Assembly (NCBI GenBank): GCA_963665775.2
Contig: CAXXTF010000001.1
Location: 448,001-512,000 of the forward strand
Direction of reading: 5' to 3'
DNA length: 64,000 nucleotides
Origin: Dehalococcoidia bacterium
Lineage (GTDB): Bacteria > Chloroflexota > Dehalococcoidia > SM23-28-2 > RBG-16-64-32
This document shows positions 52,115-61,497 of the stretch, in pieces. The notes below the pieces were generated by a model, which saw nothing but the letters and a program-made list of their open reading frames with translations, did no database searches and was not told where the DNA came from. Position numbers and translations under genes: made by a program. The stretch's first letter is position 1. Each line of letters starts with the position of its first letter.

Positions 52115-54424
52115 CTAACCGCTGCCCTGCCACTGGACGGGGCCGCGAGGGCGCTGCTCCTGCGGAAGGAAGGAGAGGTCGAGCTGGGGGTCCGTAGCCT
52201 CCCCCCGCAGGGCGGCCAGAACCAGATCGGCGGTCAGGGGCAGCTCCTTGATGCGCACGCCGGTCGCCTCCTCGAAGGCGTTGGCGATCGCCGGGCCCGG
52301 CCCGAAGCCGGGAGGCTCGGCGACGGCGCGCGCCCCGAAGGGCCCGTCCTCCGAGGGTACCGTTACCAGGATCGTCTCCAACGGCGGGACATCAGGGGCC
52401 AGCGGCATGAGGTAGGTGGTAAGGGAGGCGTTGCTGGGCCTGCCGTCCTCCACCTTGTAGTGCTCCGTGAGCGCCCGGCCTATGCCCTGGACGACGCCGC
52501 CCTCCAGCTGCCCAATGATCGCCATGGGGTTGATGGGGGTGCCCACGTCCTGCGCCTGCAGAAACCGCTTGAGCGTAACCTTCCCGGTCTGACGGTCCAC
52601 GCTGATTACCGCCGCCTGCGCGGTGAATACGGGGGCGTAGGGCATCGTCGACAGGGAGGCGTTGCCGACCAGGGGGCCGCCCCGCGAGGTCACGGCCATC
52701 TGCGAGAGCTGTCCCAAGGAGTAGCCCTGCTCCGGGTTGTCCTCCACGTACACCCGGCCGCCGGCGCAGGCCAGGGTCTCCCGACCGATTTGCAGCCGCT
52801 CTGCCGTCAGCTCCATGACCTTGTCGCGAAGCTGTAGCGTGGCCTGCTCAACCACTTTCCCCTGGCTGTAGGTGATACGGCTGCCGCCGCTGGGCGAGGT
52901 GAATGGGGCCAGATCCGTATCGCGCTGGGCGATGACGACCTTCTCCATGCCGACGCCCAGCGCCTCAGCGGCTATCTGGGCTAGGGTCGTGTCCGTTCCG
53001 GAGATGTCCACGGAGCCCGTCAGCACCGTGACGCCGCCGTCCTCGTTGACGGTGACCTGCGCGCTGGAAGCGCCGCTGCCGCTGCGCCATTCACAGAGCG
53101 CGATGCCTGTCGCCTCGTCGCTGCTCTGCCGGGAGCCGTCCAGCCGCTCCCGAATCTCGTCTAGGCACTGGTGCAGGCCGTTGCGGGGTATACGGTCGCC
53201 CCGCACAGAGCTGTCACCCTCGTTGAAGGCGTTCTGGCGGCGGAACTCCCACGGGTCGATGCCCAGCTTGCGGGCGATGATGTCCGTGTGGGACTCCACG
53301 GCGAACGTCATGTCGGCCACGCCGGAGGCGCGGTAGGAGCTGGCCGGGACCTTGTTCGTATAGACACCGTAGGAGCGGAGGCGGAAGTTGGGGATGTGAT
53401 AGGCGCCCACGCCGTGGCTGATGCCGGCCTGCACGCCGGGGCCCAGGAAGGCGCCCATGTCCCACACGGCGAGGGCGTCGCGGGCGATCATCGTGCCGTC
53501 CTTGTTGACGCCGGTGCGCAGGCGGATTCGCGCCTCCAGCCGCGGGCCGGAGAGGGTGAATACCTCTTCCCGCGTGGCCGTCATCTTCACCGGCCGCCGG
53601 GTCTTGCGGGCCAGCATCACCGCGAACGCCTCCAGGCACATTCGCAGCTTGGCGCCGAAGCCGCCACCCATCTCCGTGGGGATGATCCGGATCTGGCCGA
53701 TGGGTATCTCCAACACTTCCGCCAGGGCGGCGCGGACGGCGTACGGTCCCTGGGTGGACGTCCAAACGTTGATCCGGCCGGCGGCGTCCACATCGGCGAC
53801 GCAGGCCATGGGCTCCAGGTAACCCTGGTTTATGGGCTGGGTGCGGAAGGTGTCCTCGAAGACGTGATCGGCCTCGTCCATGGCGGCGTCCACCTCGCCG
53901 CGGTCCCCATCGGCAATGACGCAGATGTTGCCGCCGCCGCTGAAGGTGGAGCCCTCGTAGTTCGCCAGATCTTCATGGATGGTGGGCGCGCCGGGCTTCA
54001 TCGCCTCCACGGGATCGGTGACGGCGGTCATCTCCTCGTACTCCACCTCGATCAGCTCCAGCGCTTCCAGGGCAGTTATCTCGTCCACCGCGGCGACCGC
54101 CGCCAGCGGCTCGCCGATGAAGCGCACCCGGTCACCGGCGAACAGCGTGCGGTCCTTGAGTCCGAGGGCCCCGTAGCGTCGCCGTGGGGCGTCGTCGGCC
54201 GTGACGACGCCTTTGACGCCCGGGTGCGACTCCGCCTTCGCGGTCTCAAGACGCTTGATCCTGGCGTGGGGACGCGTGCTCTTGAGTACCTTGCAGGCCA
54301 GGGTTCCGGGCAGGTGCATGTCCCCGGCATACAGGGTGCGGCCCGTCACCTTCCCGGCGGCGTCCACCCGTGGGTAGCTCTTTCCGAGGGCGCTCTCCGT
54401 GGTCGGCAAGTTCTCACCTGTCAT
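52115..54424 (-). CDS. Xanthine dehydrogenase family molybdopterin-binding (large) subunit
   Basis: KVTG...YAGD, PHARI, YLEP, STQGP, MGGGFGAK, GQLEGGVVQGIG, GPFGARAVAE. Confidence 0.93.
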   Translation of the reverse strand: MTGENLPTTESALGKSYPRVDAAGKVTGRTLYAGDMHLPGTLACKVLKSTRPHARIKRLETAKAESHPGVKGVVTADDAPRRRYGALGLKDRTLFAGDRVRFIGEPLAAVAAVDEITALEALELIEVEYEEMTAVTDPVEAMKPGAPTIHEDLANYEGSTFSGGGNICVIADGDRGEVDAAMDEADHVFEDTFRTQPINQGYLEPMACVADVDAAGRINVWTSTQGPYAVRAALAEVLEIPIGQIRIIPTEMGGGFGAKLRMCLEAFAVMLARKTRRPVKMTATREEVFTLSGPRLEARIRLRTGVNKDGTMIARDALAVWDMGAFLGPGVQAGISHGVGAYHIPNFRLRSYGVYTNKVPASSYRASGVADMTFAVESHTDIIARKLGIDPWEFRRQNAFNEGDSSVRGDRIPRNGLHQCLDEIRERLDGSRQSSDEATGIALCEWRSGSGASSAQVTVNEDGGVTVLTGSVDISGTDTTLAQIAAEALGVGMEKVVIAQRDTDLAPFTSPSGGSRITYSQGKVVEQATLQLRDKVMELTAERLQIGRETLACAGGRVYVEDNPEQGYSLGQLSQMAVTSRGGPLVGNASLSTMPYAPVFTAQAAVISVDRQTGKVTLKRFLQAQDVGTPINPMAIIGQLEGGVVQGIGRALTEHYKVEDGRPSNASLTTYLMPLAPDVPPLETILVTVPSEDGPFGARAVAEPPGFGPGPAIANAFEEATGVRIKELPLTADLVLAALRGEATDPQLDLSFLPQEQRPRGPVQWQGSG

Positions 54425-54924
54425 CGGTTAGCCCTTCCTAGAGTCGTCGGGTCACCCAGACGCATCGCTTGGGCGGCGTTCTGGATCGCCAGGATGACCG
54501 TCGAGTAGCCGGTGCAGCGGCACAGGTTGCCGCCTATAGCGTAGCGTATCTCATCCTCAGTGGGATCTGGGTTCTCTTGGAGAAGCGCCACTGCGCTCAC
54601 GATCAGGCCGGGCGTACAGTAGCCGCACTGCAAGCCGCCGTGCTCAACGAACGCCTGCTGCACCGGATGCAGCTTCTCCCCGTCGGCCAGCCCCTCCACC
54701 GTAGTTACAGCCTTTCCCTTAGCGCTCACCGTCAGCACCAGGCAGGAGGTCACGGACTTGCCGTCCATGATCACGGTACAGGCGCCGCAGTCCCCTTCGT
54801 CGCAGCCCTTCTTGGTGCCGGTCAGGAACAGCTCCTCGCGAAGGGTATCCAGCAGCGATTGCCACGGCTCCACCCCTACCTGAAGGGGTTCTCCATTAAC
54901 AATTATATCAACGAGTTGCTTCAT
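54421..54924 (-). CDS. Xanthine dehydrogenase family (2Fe-2S) small subunit
   Basis: GTKKGCDEGDCGACTV, QCGYCTPG, GNLCRCTGY. Confidence 0.95.
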   Translation of the reverse strand: MKQLVDIIVNGEPLQVGVEPWQSLLDTLREELFLTGTKKGCDEGDCGACTVIMDGKSVTSCLVLTVSAKGKAVTTVEGLADGEKLHPVQQAFVEHGGLQCGYCTPGLIVSAVALLQENPDPTEDEIRYAIGGNLCRCTGYSTVILAIQNAAQAMRLGDPTTLGRANR

Positions 54925-54966
54925 GCCCATCTCCTCGGCGGGGCTTGCGCCGCTGGCTGGGAGCGG

Positions 54967-55893
54967 TCACGCAACGGCTTCCACGGAAAGGTCACGTATC
55001 GTCTCGAAGGAGTCGGGAGCGCCGCGCAGGGCGGCCGCCAGGGCGTGCTCCAGGGTGCGTCGCACCAGCACCTCCACCACCTCTCGTCGGTGCCAGGCCG
55101 GCCCGCGGATGTCGTCGATGGGGCGGGCCTCGCCGGCGGCAGTGCGCGCCGCCTCCGCGATGAGCGCGGCGTCGATCGGTTGGCCCTGAAGGAGCGCCTC
55201 CGCCTGCCGCGCCCGCATCGGCGTTGGGCCTACAGCCCCCATGCCGATGCGCACCGTCCGGAAGGTGCCGTTACGGGGTTGCAGGGATACGAAAGAGGCC
55301 ACCCCCACCGTGGAGATGTCCATCGCCTTGCGAGGGCTGTGTTTGATGTAAAGGGAGCCGGTATGCTCGGATACGGGCGGGAAGCGGAGCTCCGCGACCA
55401 GCTCGCCGGCATCGAGCACGGTGCGCCCCGGCCCGAGGAAGAACTCGTCCAGCGGCAGCCAACGCTGGCCTGCGGGCCCGACGATCCGGGCCTCGCCCCC
55501 GAACGCCAGCAGCGATGGCAGGGTGTCGCCGGCGGGAGAGGCGTTGCAGAGGTTGCCGCCCATCGTGGCCAGGTTGCGGATCTGCACCCCGGCGAACGAG
55601 GTCGCCGCTGCCGTCATCGCGGAGTAGCGCTGCCGGATATCCGGGTGCAGCTCCAGGGTTCGGATCGGCACTAGGGCGCCGATGCGCAGGCCGCCTCTCG
55701 TCGAATAGCGAACTCGGTCGAGGCCGGGCACGTTCTTGATGTCGATCAGGTACTCAGGTTGCCAGACACCCTGGCGCCAGCGAATGAGCAGATCGGTGGC
55801 TCCCGCCACGATGCGGGCTCCGCTGCCATGCCGCTTGAGCAGGTCGACGGCTTGGCGGAGGGTTCGGGCCTCAATGTATGTGAATCGGTTAAT
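54967..55893 (-). CDS. Xanthine dehydrogenase family FAD-binding (medium) subunit
   Basis: AGATDL, QIRNLATMGGNLCNASPAGD, PIDDIRG; frame is open to ATT 55893 (INRFTYIEARTLRQAV), the nearest canonical start at 55809 would truncate the domain. Confidence 0.9.
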   Translation of the reverse strand: MNRFTYIEARTLRQAVDLLKRHGSGARIVAGATDLLIRWRQGVWQPEYLIDIKNVPGLDRVRYSTRGGLRIGALVPIRTLELHPDIRQRYSAMTAAATSFAGVQIRNLATMGGNLCNASPAGDTLPSLLAFGGEARIVGPAGQRWLPLDEFFLGPGRTVLDAGELVAELRFPPVSEHTGSLYIKHSPRKAMDISTVGVASFVSLQPRNGTFRTVRIGMGAVGPTPMRARQAEALLQGQPIDAALIAEAARTAAGEARPIDDIRGPAWHRREVVEVLVRRTLEHALAAALRGAPDSFETIRDLSVEAVA

Positions 55894-56099
55894 GTTATAT
55901 CCTCTTTCTCTATCCGATAAGCTGGATTTTAGCGCGGCTGGCAGGCAATAACAAGGCCTTCCTAGCGGTGGGATGTCTAACTGGTTATAGAGGCACGGGG
56001 GAGGTAGTGAATCCGTCCAGCCCTTCTTATTCCCGCGAGGCGGCGAGCGCCCGGCGGGATTGCCGCCTCCAACCCCGGCTCGGCTATCTGATCGACGTC

Positions 56100-56128
56100 T
56101 TGACAGCGCAGAGACTGAGGACTACTAT
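56100..56128 (+). promoter_or_regulatory. sigma70-type promoter for the CoA-transferase cluster
   Basis: TTGACA-17 nt-TACTAT. Confidence 0.65.
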
Positions 56129-56226
56129 ATGGCATCGCGATGAGGGTAGTACGGAACCTGCACGCCCCGTGGGAGCCGTTCATGCCGGTGGTCACCGTGT
56201 CTCCTAGCCACGTTCCTGCCCAGAAA

Positions 56227-56262
56227 TTAGGTGGGACCCGTGCTTTAGGTGGGACCCGTGCT
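56227..56262. repeat. Perfect tandem direct repeat, 2 x 18 bp
   Basis: TTAGGTGGGACCCGTGCT twice. Confidence 0.9.
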
Positions 56263-56388
56263 TATTGATAAGGGAGTACAGTGGGCGCATACCGGCAGGG
56301 ATCGCTTCGAGGCATGATGGCCGCCCTGTCGCGGGGAGCCTTCCGTAAGAACCGACTGATCAGGAACTGAGAAAGGAGGGGCTAGATC

Positions 56389-57591
56389 ATGACCCAGCCC
56401 AAGCAGCAGATCTTCGAAGGGGTGCGAGTTCTCGATCTTGTGGCCCGTGGGGCCGGCGCCACCCTCGCCGGCTCCTATCTGGCCGACTTCGGGGCCGACG
56501 TCATCAAGATCGACAAGCCCGGCGAGCCGGAACCAGCCCTGGGGTGGCCCTACGTCAAGGACGGAACCTATCTCCCGTATAAGCTAAAGGGCCGGAATAA
56601 GCGCCACATCACCCTGGACCTGAGTAAGCCCCAGGGCCGCGATCTCTTCCACCGGCTGATCCCCGATACCGACGTAGTGATCGAGGATTTCTCCGCTGGG
56701 ACCATGGAGGAGTGGGGGCACGACTGGGAGACCCTCAGCGCCCTCAACCCCGGTCTCGTCTTCTGTCGTATCTCGCCCTGCGGGCAGACCGGCCCCTATA
56801 GGAACCGCAGTGGCGACGGCCGCACGGCCGAGGCTTTCTCTGGTTTCTGCCACATAGACGGTGAGCCGGATCGGCAGCCGCTCAGTTCGCAGTTTGATAT
56901 GGGCGGTGCCGTAGCGGGCATCTGGGCCGCCTACGGCATCGTCCTGGCCCTGCTCCATCGTGACGCCCACGGCGGTAAGGGACAGGTCATCGACCTTGGC
57001 CTGTACGAGGCTCTCTACCGCCAGCAGGTGGGCAACATCCCCGGCTATTCTTCCACAGGCGTGGCCCCCAAGCGCGCCGGCAGCCGCAAGAGCGGCGGCA
57101 TCCCCTGGGTTGACACCCACGAGACGAAGGACGGTGGATTCTACACCTACTCCGCTGTCACCCGTGCCAGCATGCGGGATCAGATGCTGGCCATGGGAAT
57201 GTTTATCGATCCTCGATTCGAGGACTTCCCCGCCGCTCATCAGCACTCGAACGAATACCACGAGGTGGCTAAGGAGTGGATGAAGGAACGCACCCTGGCC
57301 GAGGTGGACGATGCCTTTCAGCGGTATGAGTGCTCCAGCGCGCCGGTGATGAACGGTGAATCCCTTATCAATGACCCCCACCTCATAGCCCGGGAGCAGG
57401 TTATCACCGTCGATGACCCTGACCTCGGTACCATGCGGATGCAAGGCATCGTCCCCAAGTTCTCCAAGACCCCCGGCAGGGTGCGCCATACCGGAGAGCG
57501 CCCGGGCGCCCGCAATGTGGAGGTCTACGGGGAGCTGCTGGGGCTCGGCGCCCAGGAGTTGGAGAATCTGCGGACGGCCGGGATCATCTAG
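56389..57591 (+). CDS. Class III (CaiB/BaiF) CoA-transferase-like subunit A, catalytic Asp absent
   Basis: LADFGADVIK, RNKR-x-ITLDL, G-x-GQVID; the Asp position reads DMGGAVAG. Confidence 0.88.
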   Translation: MTQPKQQIFEGVRVLDLVARGAGATLAGSYLADFGADVIKIDKPGEPEPALGWPYVKDGTYLPYKLKGRNKRHITLDLSKPQGRDLFHRLIPDTDVVIEDFSAGTMEEWGHDWETLSALNPGLVFCRISPCGQTGPYRNRSGDGRTAEAFSGFCHIDGEPDRQPLSSQFDMGGAVAGIWAAYGIVLALLHRDAHGGKGQVIDLGLYEALYRQQVGNIPGYSSTGVAPKRAGSRKSGGIPWVDTHETKDGGFYTYSAVTRASMRDQMLAMGMFIDPRFEDFPAAHQHSNEYHEVAKEWMKERTLAEVDDAFQRYECSSAPVMNGESLINDPHLIAREQVITVDDPDLGTMRMQGIVPKFSKTPGRVRHTGERPGARNVEVYGELLGLGAQELENLRTAGII

Positions 57592-57661
57592 CCGCTTCCA
57601 TGATAAAGACAGAGCGGAACGGTCAGCGGAGATCGGCAATCAGACGGTTAAGGAGAAGATC

Positions 57662-58876
57662 ATGACTACACAGTCTAATCAACAGGTCCTTGAACGCTAC
57701 CGCGTCCTTGACGTGGGCCATGTCCTGGCCGGCCCCATGACCTCGAGTATGCTTGGCGACTTCGGCGCCGACGTCATCCATATCGAGAGTCCGGAGACGG
57801 GCGACTTTATGCGCACGGTCGCCGGGACGGCCGGGCAACCAAGGGCATCCAGGGGCTACGATCTGATAAACCGCAGCAAGCGCAACATCACCCTGGACCT
57901 GCGCAAGGAGAAGGCCCGCGACATTTTCCACCGGCTGGTGGCCGTTTCCGACGTGGTAACGGAGAACTTCCGCCCCTACGTCATGGACCGTTGGGGGCAC
58001 GACTGGGAGAGGCTGCGCCGCATCAACCCCCGCCTCATCTACTGCCGCATGGCCGGCTTCGGCCAGACCGGCCCCTACCGGCACCGCCGCGCCTACGGCA
58101 TGATCGGCGAGGCCTTCTCCGGTTGGTCTTGGACGAACGGTTATACCGATGGTCCAGTCATACACTCCGGCTTCTCCCTGGGAGACACCACGGAGTCCAT
58201 ATGGGCGGCTACGGCCATCGTGGCGGCTCTCTACTGGCGCGACGCCCAGGGCGGTGGCGAAGGGATGCTCATCGACCAGGGTCTGATCGACCCCAACTTC
58301 CGCGCCATGGAACAGCAGATCATCATCTACGACCAGACCGGAGTGAGCATTGCGCGCGATGGCTCCCAGCACGAGGCTACCCCCTACGCCGACATCTGCC
58401 AGACCAAGGACGGCCGCTACTTCTCCTTCTCCGCCTTCACCCAGGAGGCGATCCGCAACCTCGTTCAGGCCCTGGGCCTGAGTGATGATTCCCGCTTCAA
58501 CAATTTGGACGCTTGCCTGCAGCACCGGGAGGAGTTTAACCAGACGGCGGCCACCTGGTTCGGGGAGCGCAGCCTGGACGAAGTGATCGAGGTGTTCGAG
58601 AAGCAGGGCGCCAATGGCATGCCGGTGATGAGCGCCGAGAACCTGTACCATGATCCACACATCAAGGCGCGGGAGATGGTCGTCAGCCTGCCTGACCCTG
58701 AGGGCGGGGACAAGCCTATTGAGATGCAGGGGGTTGTGCCCAAGTTGTCGGAAACCCCTGGCAAGGTGGGCAACGCCTCCCACCCCATAGGGGGTCACAA
58801 CGAGGAGGTGTACGGCGAACTGCTGGGGATCAACCGCGACGAACTGGCGGACTTGATGGCGGAGGGGGTAATTTAG
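57662..58876 (+). CDS. Class III CoA-transferase subunit B, catalytic Asp present
   Basis: VLAGP, GDFMR, NRSKRNITLDL, ENFRP, GFGQTGPY, SLGDTTE. Confidence 0.9.
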   Translation: MTTQSNQQVLERYRVLDVGHVLAGPMTSSMLGDFGADVIHIESPETGDFMRTVAGTAGQPRASRGYDLINRSKRNITLDLRKEKARDIFHRLVAVSDVVTENFRPYVMDRWGHDWERLRRINPRLIYCRMAGFGQTGPYRHRRAYGMIGEAFSGWSWTNGYTDGPVIHSGFSLGDTTESIWAATAIVAALYWRDAQGGGEGMLIDQGLIDPNFRAMEQQIIIYDQTGVSIARDGSQHEATPYADICQTKDGRYFSFSAFTQEAIRNLVQALGLSDDSRFNNLDACLQHREEFNQTAATWFGERSLDEVIEVFEKQGANGMPVMSAENLYHDPHIKAREMVVSLPDPEGGDKPIEMQGVVPKLSETPGKVGNASHPIGGHNEEVYGELLGINRDELADLMAEGVI

Positions 58877-58920
58877 CAACTCGCTCCGACCCCTCTAGAG
58901 TCATCCGAGAGGAGGATACT

Positions 58921-60123
58921 ATGCCGCAGCCTAAACAGCAGATCTTCGAAGGGGTGCGAGTCCTCGACCTAGTCTCTCGCGAGAGCGGTGCCACCATCGC
59001 CGGCGCCTACCTGGCCGACTTCGGCGCTGATGTCATCAAGATCGATAAGCCGGGCGAGCCGGGACCCGCCCTGGACGCACACTACGTCAAGAACGGCATC
59101 GATCTCCAGTACAAGGTAAAGGGGCGCAACAAGCGTCACATTACCCTGGACTTGAGCAAGCCTCAGGGGGTCGACCTCTTCCATAAACTGGTCGCCGATT
59201 CGGACGTGGTGGTCGAGAATCTTGGCCTCGGTGTCATGGAAGGGTGGGGGCACGATTGGGAGACCCTCCGCTCCCTCAACCCCCGCCTCATCTTCGTGCG
59301 CCTCTCCGATTACGGACAGGACGGCCCCTATAAGAACCGGCGGCTGGACGGCTTTGCCGGCGACGCCTTCGCCGGCTTCTGCCAGGTCGACGGCGAACGA
59401 GACGCCACGCCGGTCGACTCCCAGATGGACATGGCAGGGCATGTTGCCGGGATGTGGGCGGCCATGAGCATTGGCCTCGCCCTCTACTGGCGGGATGCCA
59501 GGGGCGGGGTGGGGCAGGTTGTAGACATGGCTCTGTACGAGCCCCTCTACCGGCTCATCCAGACGAATATCACCCCCTACACCTCCAGCGGTAAGGCGGA
59601 TATGCGCTACGGCAACCGCCGGGACAACGGCATCCCCTGGGTGGACAGCCACGAGACGAAAGACGGCCGCCACTACTCTTACTCCGGCGCCACTCGCGCC
59701 ACCTATCGCGATACACAGCTGGCCATGGGGATGTTCCGCGATCCTCGATTCAAGGACCTCCCCACCGCCTTCGTCAACCGGGAGGCCTTCCATGATTACG
59801 CCGCGGCCTGGACGAAGGAGCGCACCATCGAGGAGGTGGACGAAGCGTTCTTCGCCTTCGAAGGGGCCAGCGCACCCTGCAACAACGCCGAGGACCTGAT
59901 CAACGATCCTCATGAGCTGGCGCGGGAGCACATCGTCACCGTGGACGACCCGGATCTGGGGCCGGTGCGGATGCAGGGGTTGGTGCCCAAGTTCTCCCGG
60001 ACCCCCGGCAAGGTGCGTTGGGCCGGCGAGCAGCCGGGCACCCGCAATGCCGAGGTGTACGGCGAGCTGTTAGGACTGACCGCCAAGGAGCTGGATGAGC
60101 TGCGGGCCGCCGATGTCATCTAG
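58921..60123 (+). CDS. Class III CoA-transferase-like subunit A', catalytic Asp absent
   Basis: Paralogue of 56389 (QPKQQIFEGVRVLDLV shared); the Asp position reads DMAGHVAG. Confidence 0.88.
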   Translation: MPQPKQQIFEGVRVLDLVSRESGATIAGAYLADFGADVIKIDKPGEPGPALDAHYVKNGIDLQYKVKGRNKRHITLDLSKPQGVDLFHKLVADSDVVVENLGLGVMEGWGHDWETLRSLNPRLIFVRLSDYGQDGPYKNRRLDGFAGDAFAGFCQVDGERDATPVDSQMDMAGHVAGMWAAMSIGLALYWRDARGGVGQVVDMALYEPLYRLIQTNITPYTSSGKADMRYGNRRDNGIPWVDSHETKDGRHYSYSGATRATYRDTQLAMGMFRDPRFKDLPTAFVNREAFHDYAAAWTKERTIEEVDEAFFAFEGASAPCNNAEDLINDPHELAREHIVTVDDPDLGPVRMQGLVPKFSRTPGKVRWAGEQPGTRNAEVYGELLGLTAKELDELRAADVI

Positions 60124-60174
60124 CGGCAGCGGGCTACTGGCAGGGACCGGCAAACGGAACTGGGGGAGAGAGCG

Positions 60175-61389
60175 ATGACTACAGAGACTAAGCCACAAGC
60201 GTTGGAGGGCATCCGGATCGTCGATGTCGGGCACGTCCTGGCCGGCCCCATGACCTCGAGCCTTCTGTCCGATTTCGGCGCCGAGGTCATCCACGTGGAG
60301 AATCCGGAGACGGGCGACTTCATTCGCGAGCTGACTGGGGCGGCCGGCCAGGGGAGGGCCAGCAGGGGCTACGACATAATAAATCGGAACAAGCGCAACA
60401 TCACCCTGAATATGGGCAAGCCGAAGGCCCGGGAACTCTTCCACAAGCTAATGACCGTCTCCGATGCGGTGACGGAGAACTTCCGGCCCTACGTGTTCCC
60501 TCGCTGGGGGCATGACTGGGATACCCTGCACAGCATCAACCCGCGTCTCATCTACTGTAAGCTGTCCGGGTACGGTGCGACCGGGCCCCGGCAGCACCGC
60601 CGCGCCTATGGCAGAATCGCCGAAGCGTGGGGCGGTTGGGCCTACATCAACGGCAACGAGGACGGGCCCGCCCTCCACTCCGGCTACTCCTGGGGCGATA
60701 CGTTGGACTCCCTCTGGGGCGCCACCGCGATCGTCGGTGCCCTGTTCTGGCGCGACGTCCAGGGCGGCGGCGAGGGGATGCTCATCGACCAAGGGTTGGT
60801 GGAGCCCCTCTTCCGCGCGATAGAGCAGCAGGTCATCGTCTACGACCAGACAGGGGTCAACGTAAAACGGTTCGGCACACGGCATGAAGCGACCCCCTAC
60901 GTCGATACCTGCCAGACGAAGGACGATCGCTACTTCCGTTTCTCTGCCTGGACAGAGGACGCCATCCGCAATCTCCTTTCGGCCCTCGGTCTGAGTCAGG
61001 ACTCCCGGTTCAACACCTTCGAGGCCTGCGCCCAGCGCCGCGATGAGTTCAGCCAGACGGCCCAAGCCTGGTTCAAGCAGCGGACCCTGGCCGAGGCGGA
61101 GGAGACTTTCGAGAAGCACCAGGCCATCGGTGCGCCGGTGATGAGCGGCGAGGACCTGTTTCACGACCCTCACATCAAGGCGCGGGACATGCTCGTTAGC
61201 CTGCCCGATCCCGAGGGTGACGAGAAGCCGATCGTCATGCAGGGCATCGTCCCCAAGTTCTCGGAGACGCCCGGCAGGGTGCGCAACGCCTGCCACCCGC
61301 TGGGGGCCGACAACGAGGACGTCTACTGTGGCCTGCTGGGGGTTAGCCGTGACGAACTGGCTGACTTGATGGCGGAAGGGGTAGTCTAG
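60175..61389 (+). CDS. Class III CoA-transferase subunit B', catalytic Asp present
   Basis: Paralogue of 57662 (DVGHVLAGPMTSS shared); SWGDTLD. Confidence 0.9.
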   Translation: MTTETKPQALEGIRIVDVGHVLAGPMTSSLLSDFGAEVIHVENPETGDFIRELTGAAGQGRASRGYDIINRNKRNITLNMGKPKARELFHKLMTVSDAVTENFRPYVFPRWGHDWDTLHSINPRLIYCKLSGYGATGPRQHRRAYGRIAEAWGGWAYINGNEDGPALHSGYSWGDTLDSLWGATAIVGALFWRDVQGGGEGMLIDQGLVEPLFRAIEQQVIVYDQTGVNVKRFGTRHEATPYVDTCQTKDDRYFRFSAWTEDAIRNLLSALGLSQDSRFNTFEACAQRRDEFSQTAQAWFKQRTLAEAEETFEKHQAIGAPVMSGEDLFHDPHIKARDMLVSLPDPEGDEKPIVMQGIVPKFSETPGRVRNACHPLGADNEDVYCGLLGVSRDELADLMAEGVV

Positions 61390-61497
61390 AAGAGGGGGCT
61401 GACTCCGCGAGACGTCGGGCTGGCAATGCCGCCCGGCTTTGCCGGACGAACCTGAGGAACCGGTCCTGTGCCGGCGGCCACCGAAAGGGGAGAGATC

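Noticed and set aside
52115-55893. Aerobic CO dehydrogenase or 4-hydroxybenzoyl-CoA reductase
   Set aside because: No AYxCSFR or AYRGAGR motif, no cox accessory genes, and no [4Fe-4S] Cys insert in the FAD subunit
56227-56262. CRISPR array
   Set aside because: Only two adjacent 18-bp copies, no spacers and no cas genes
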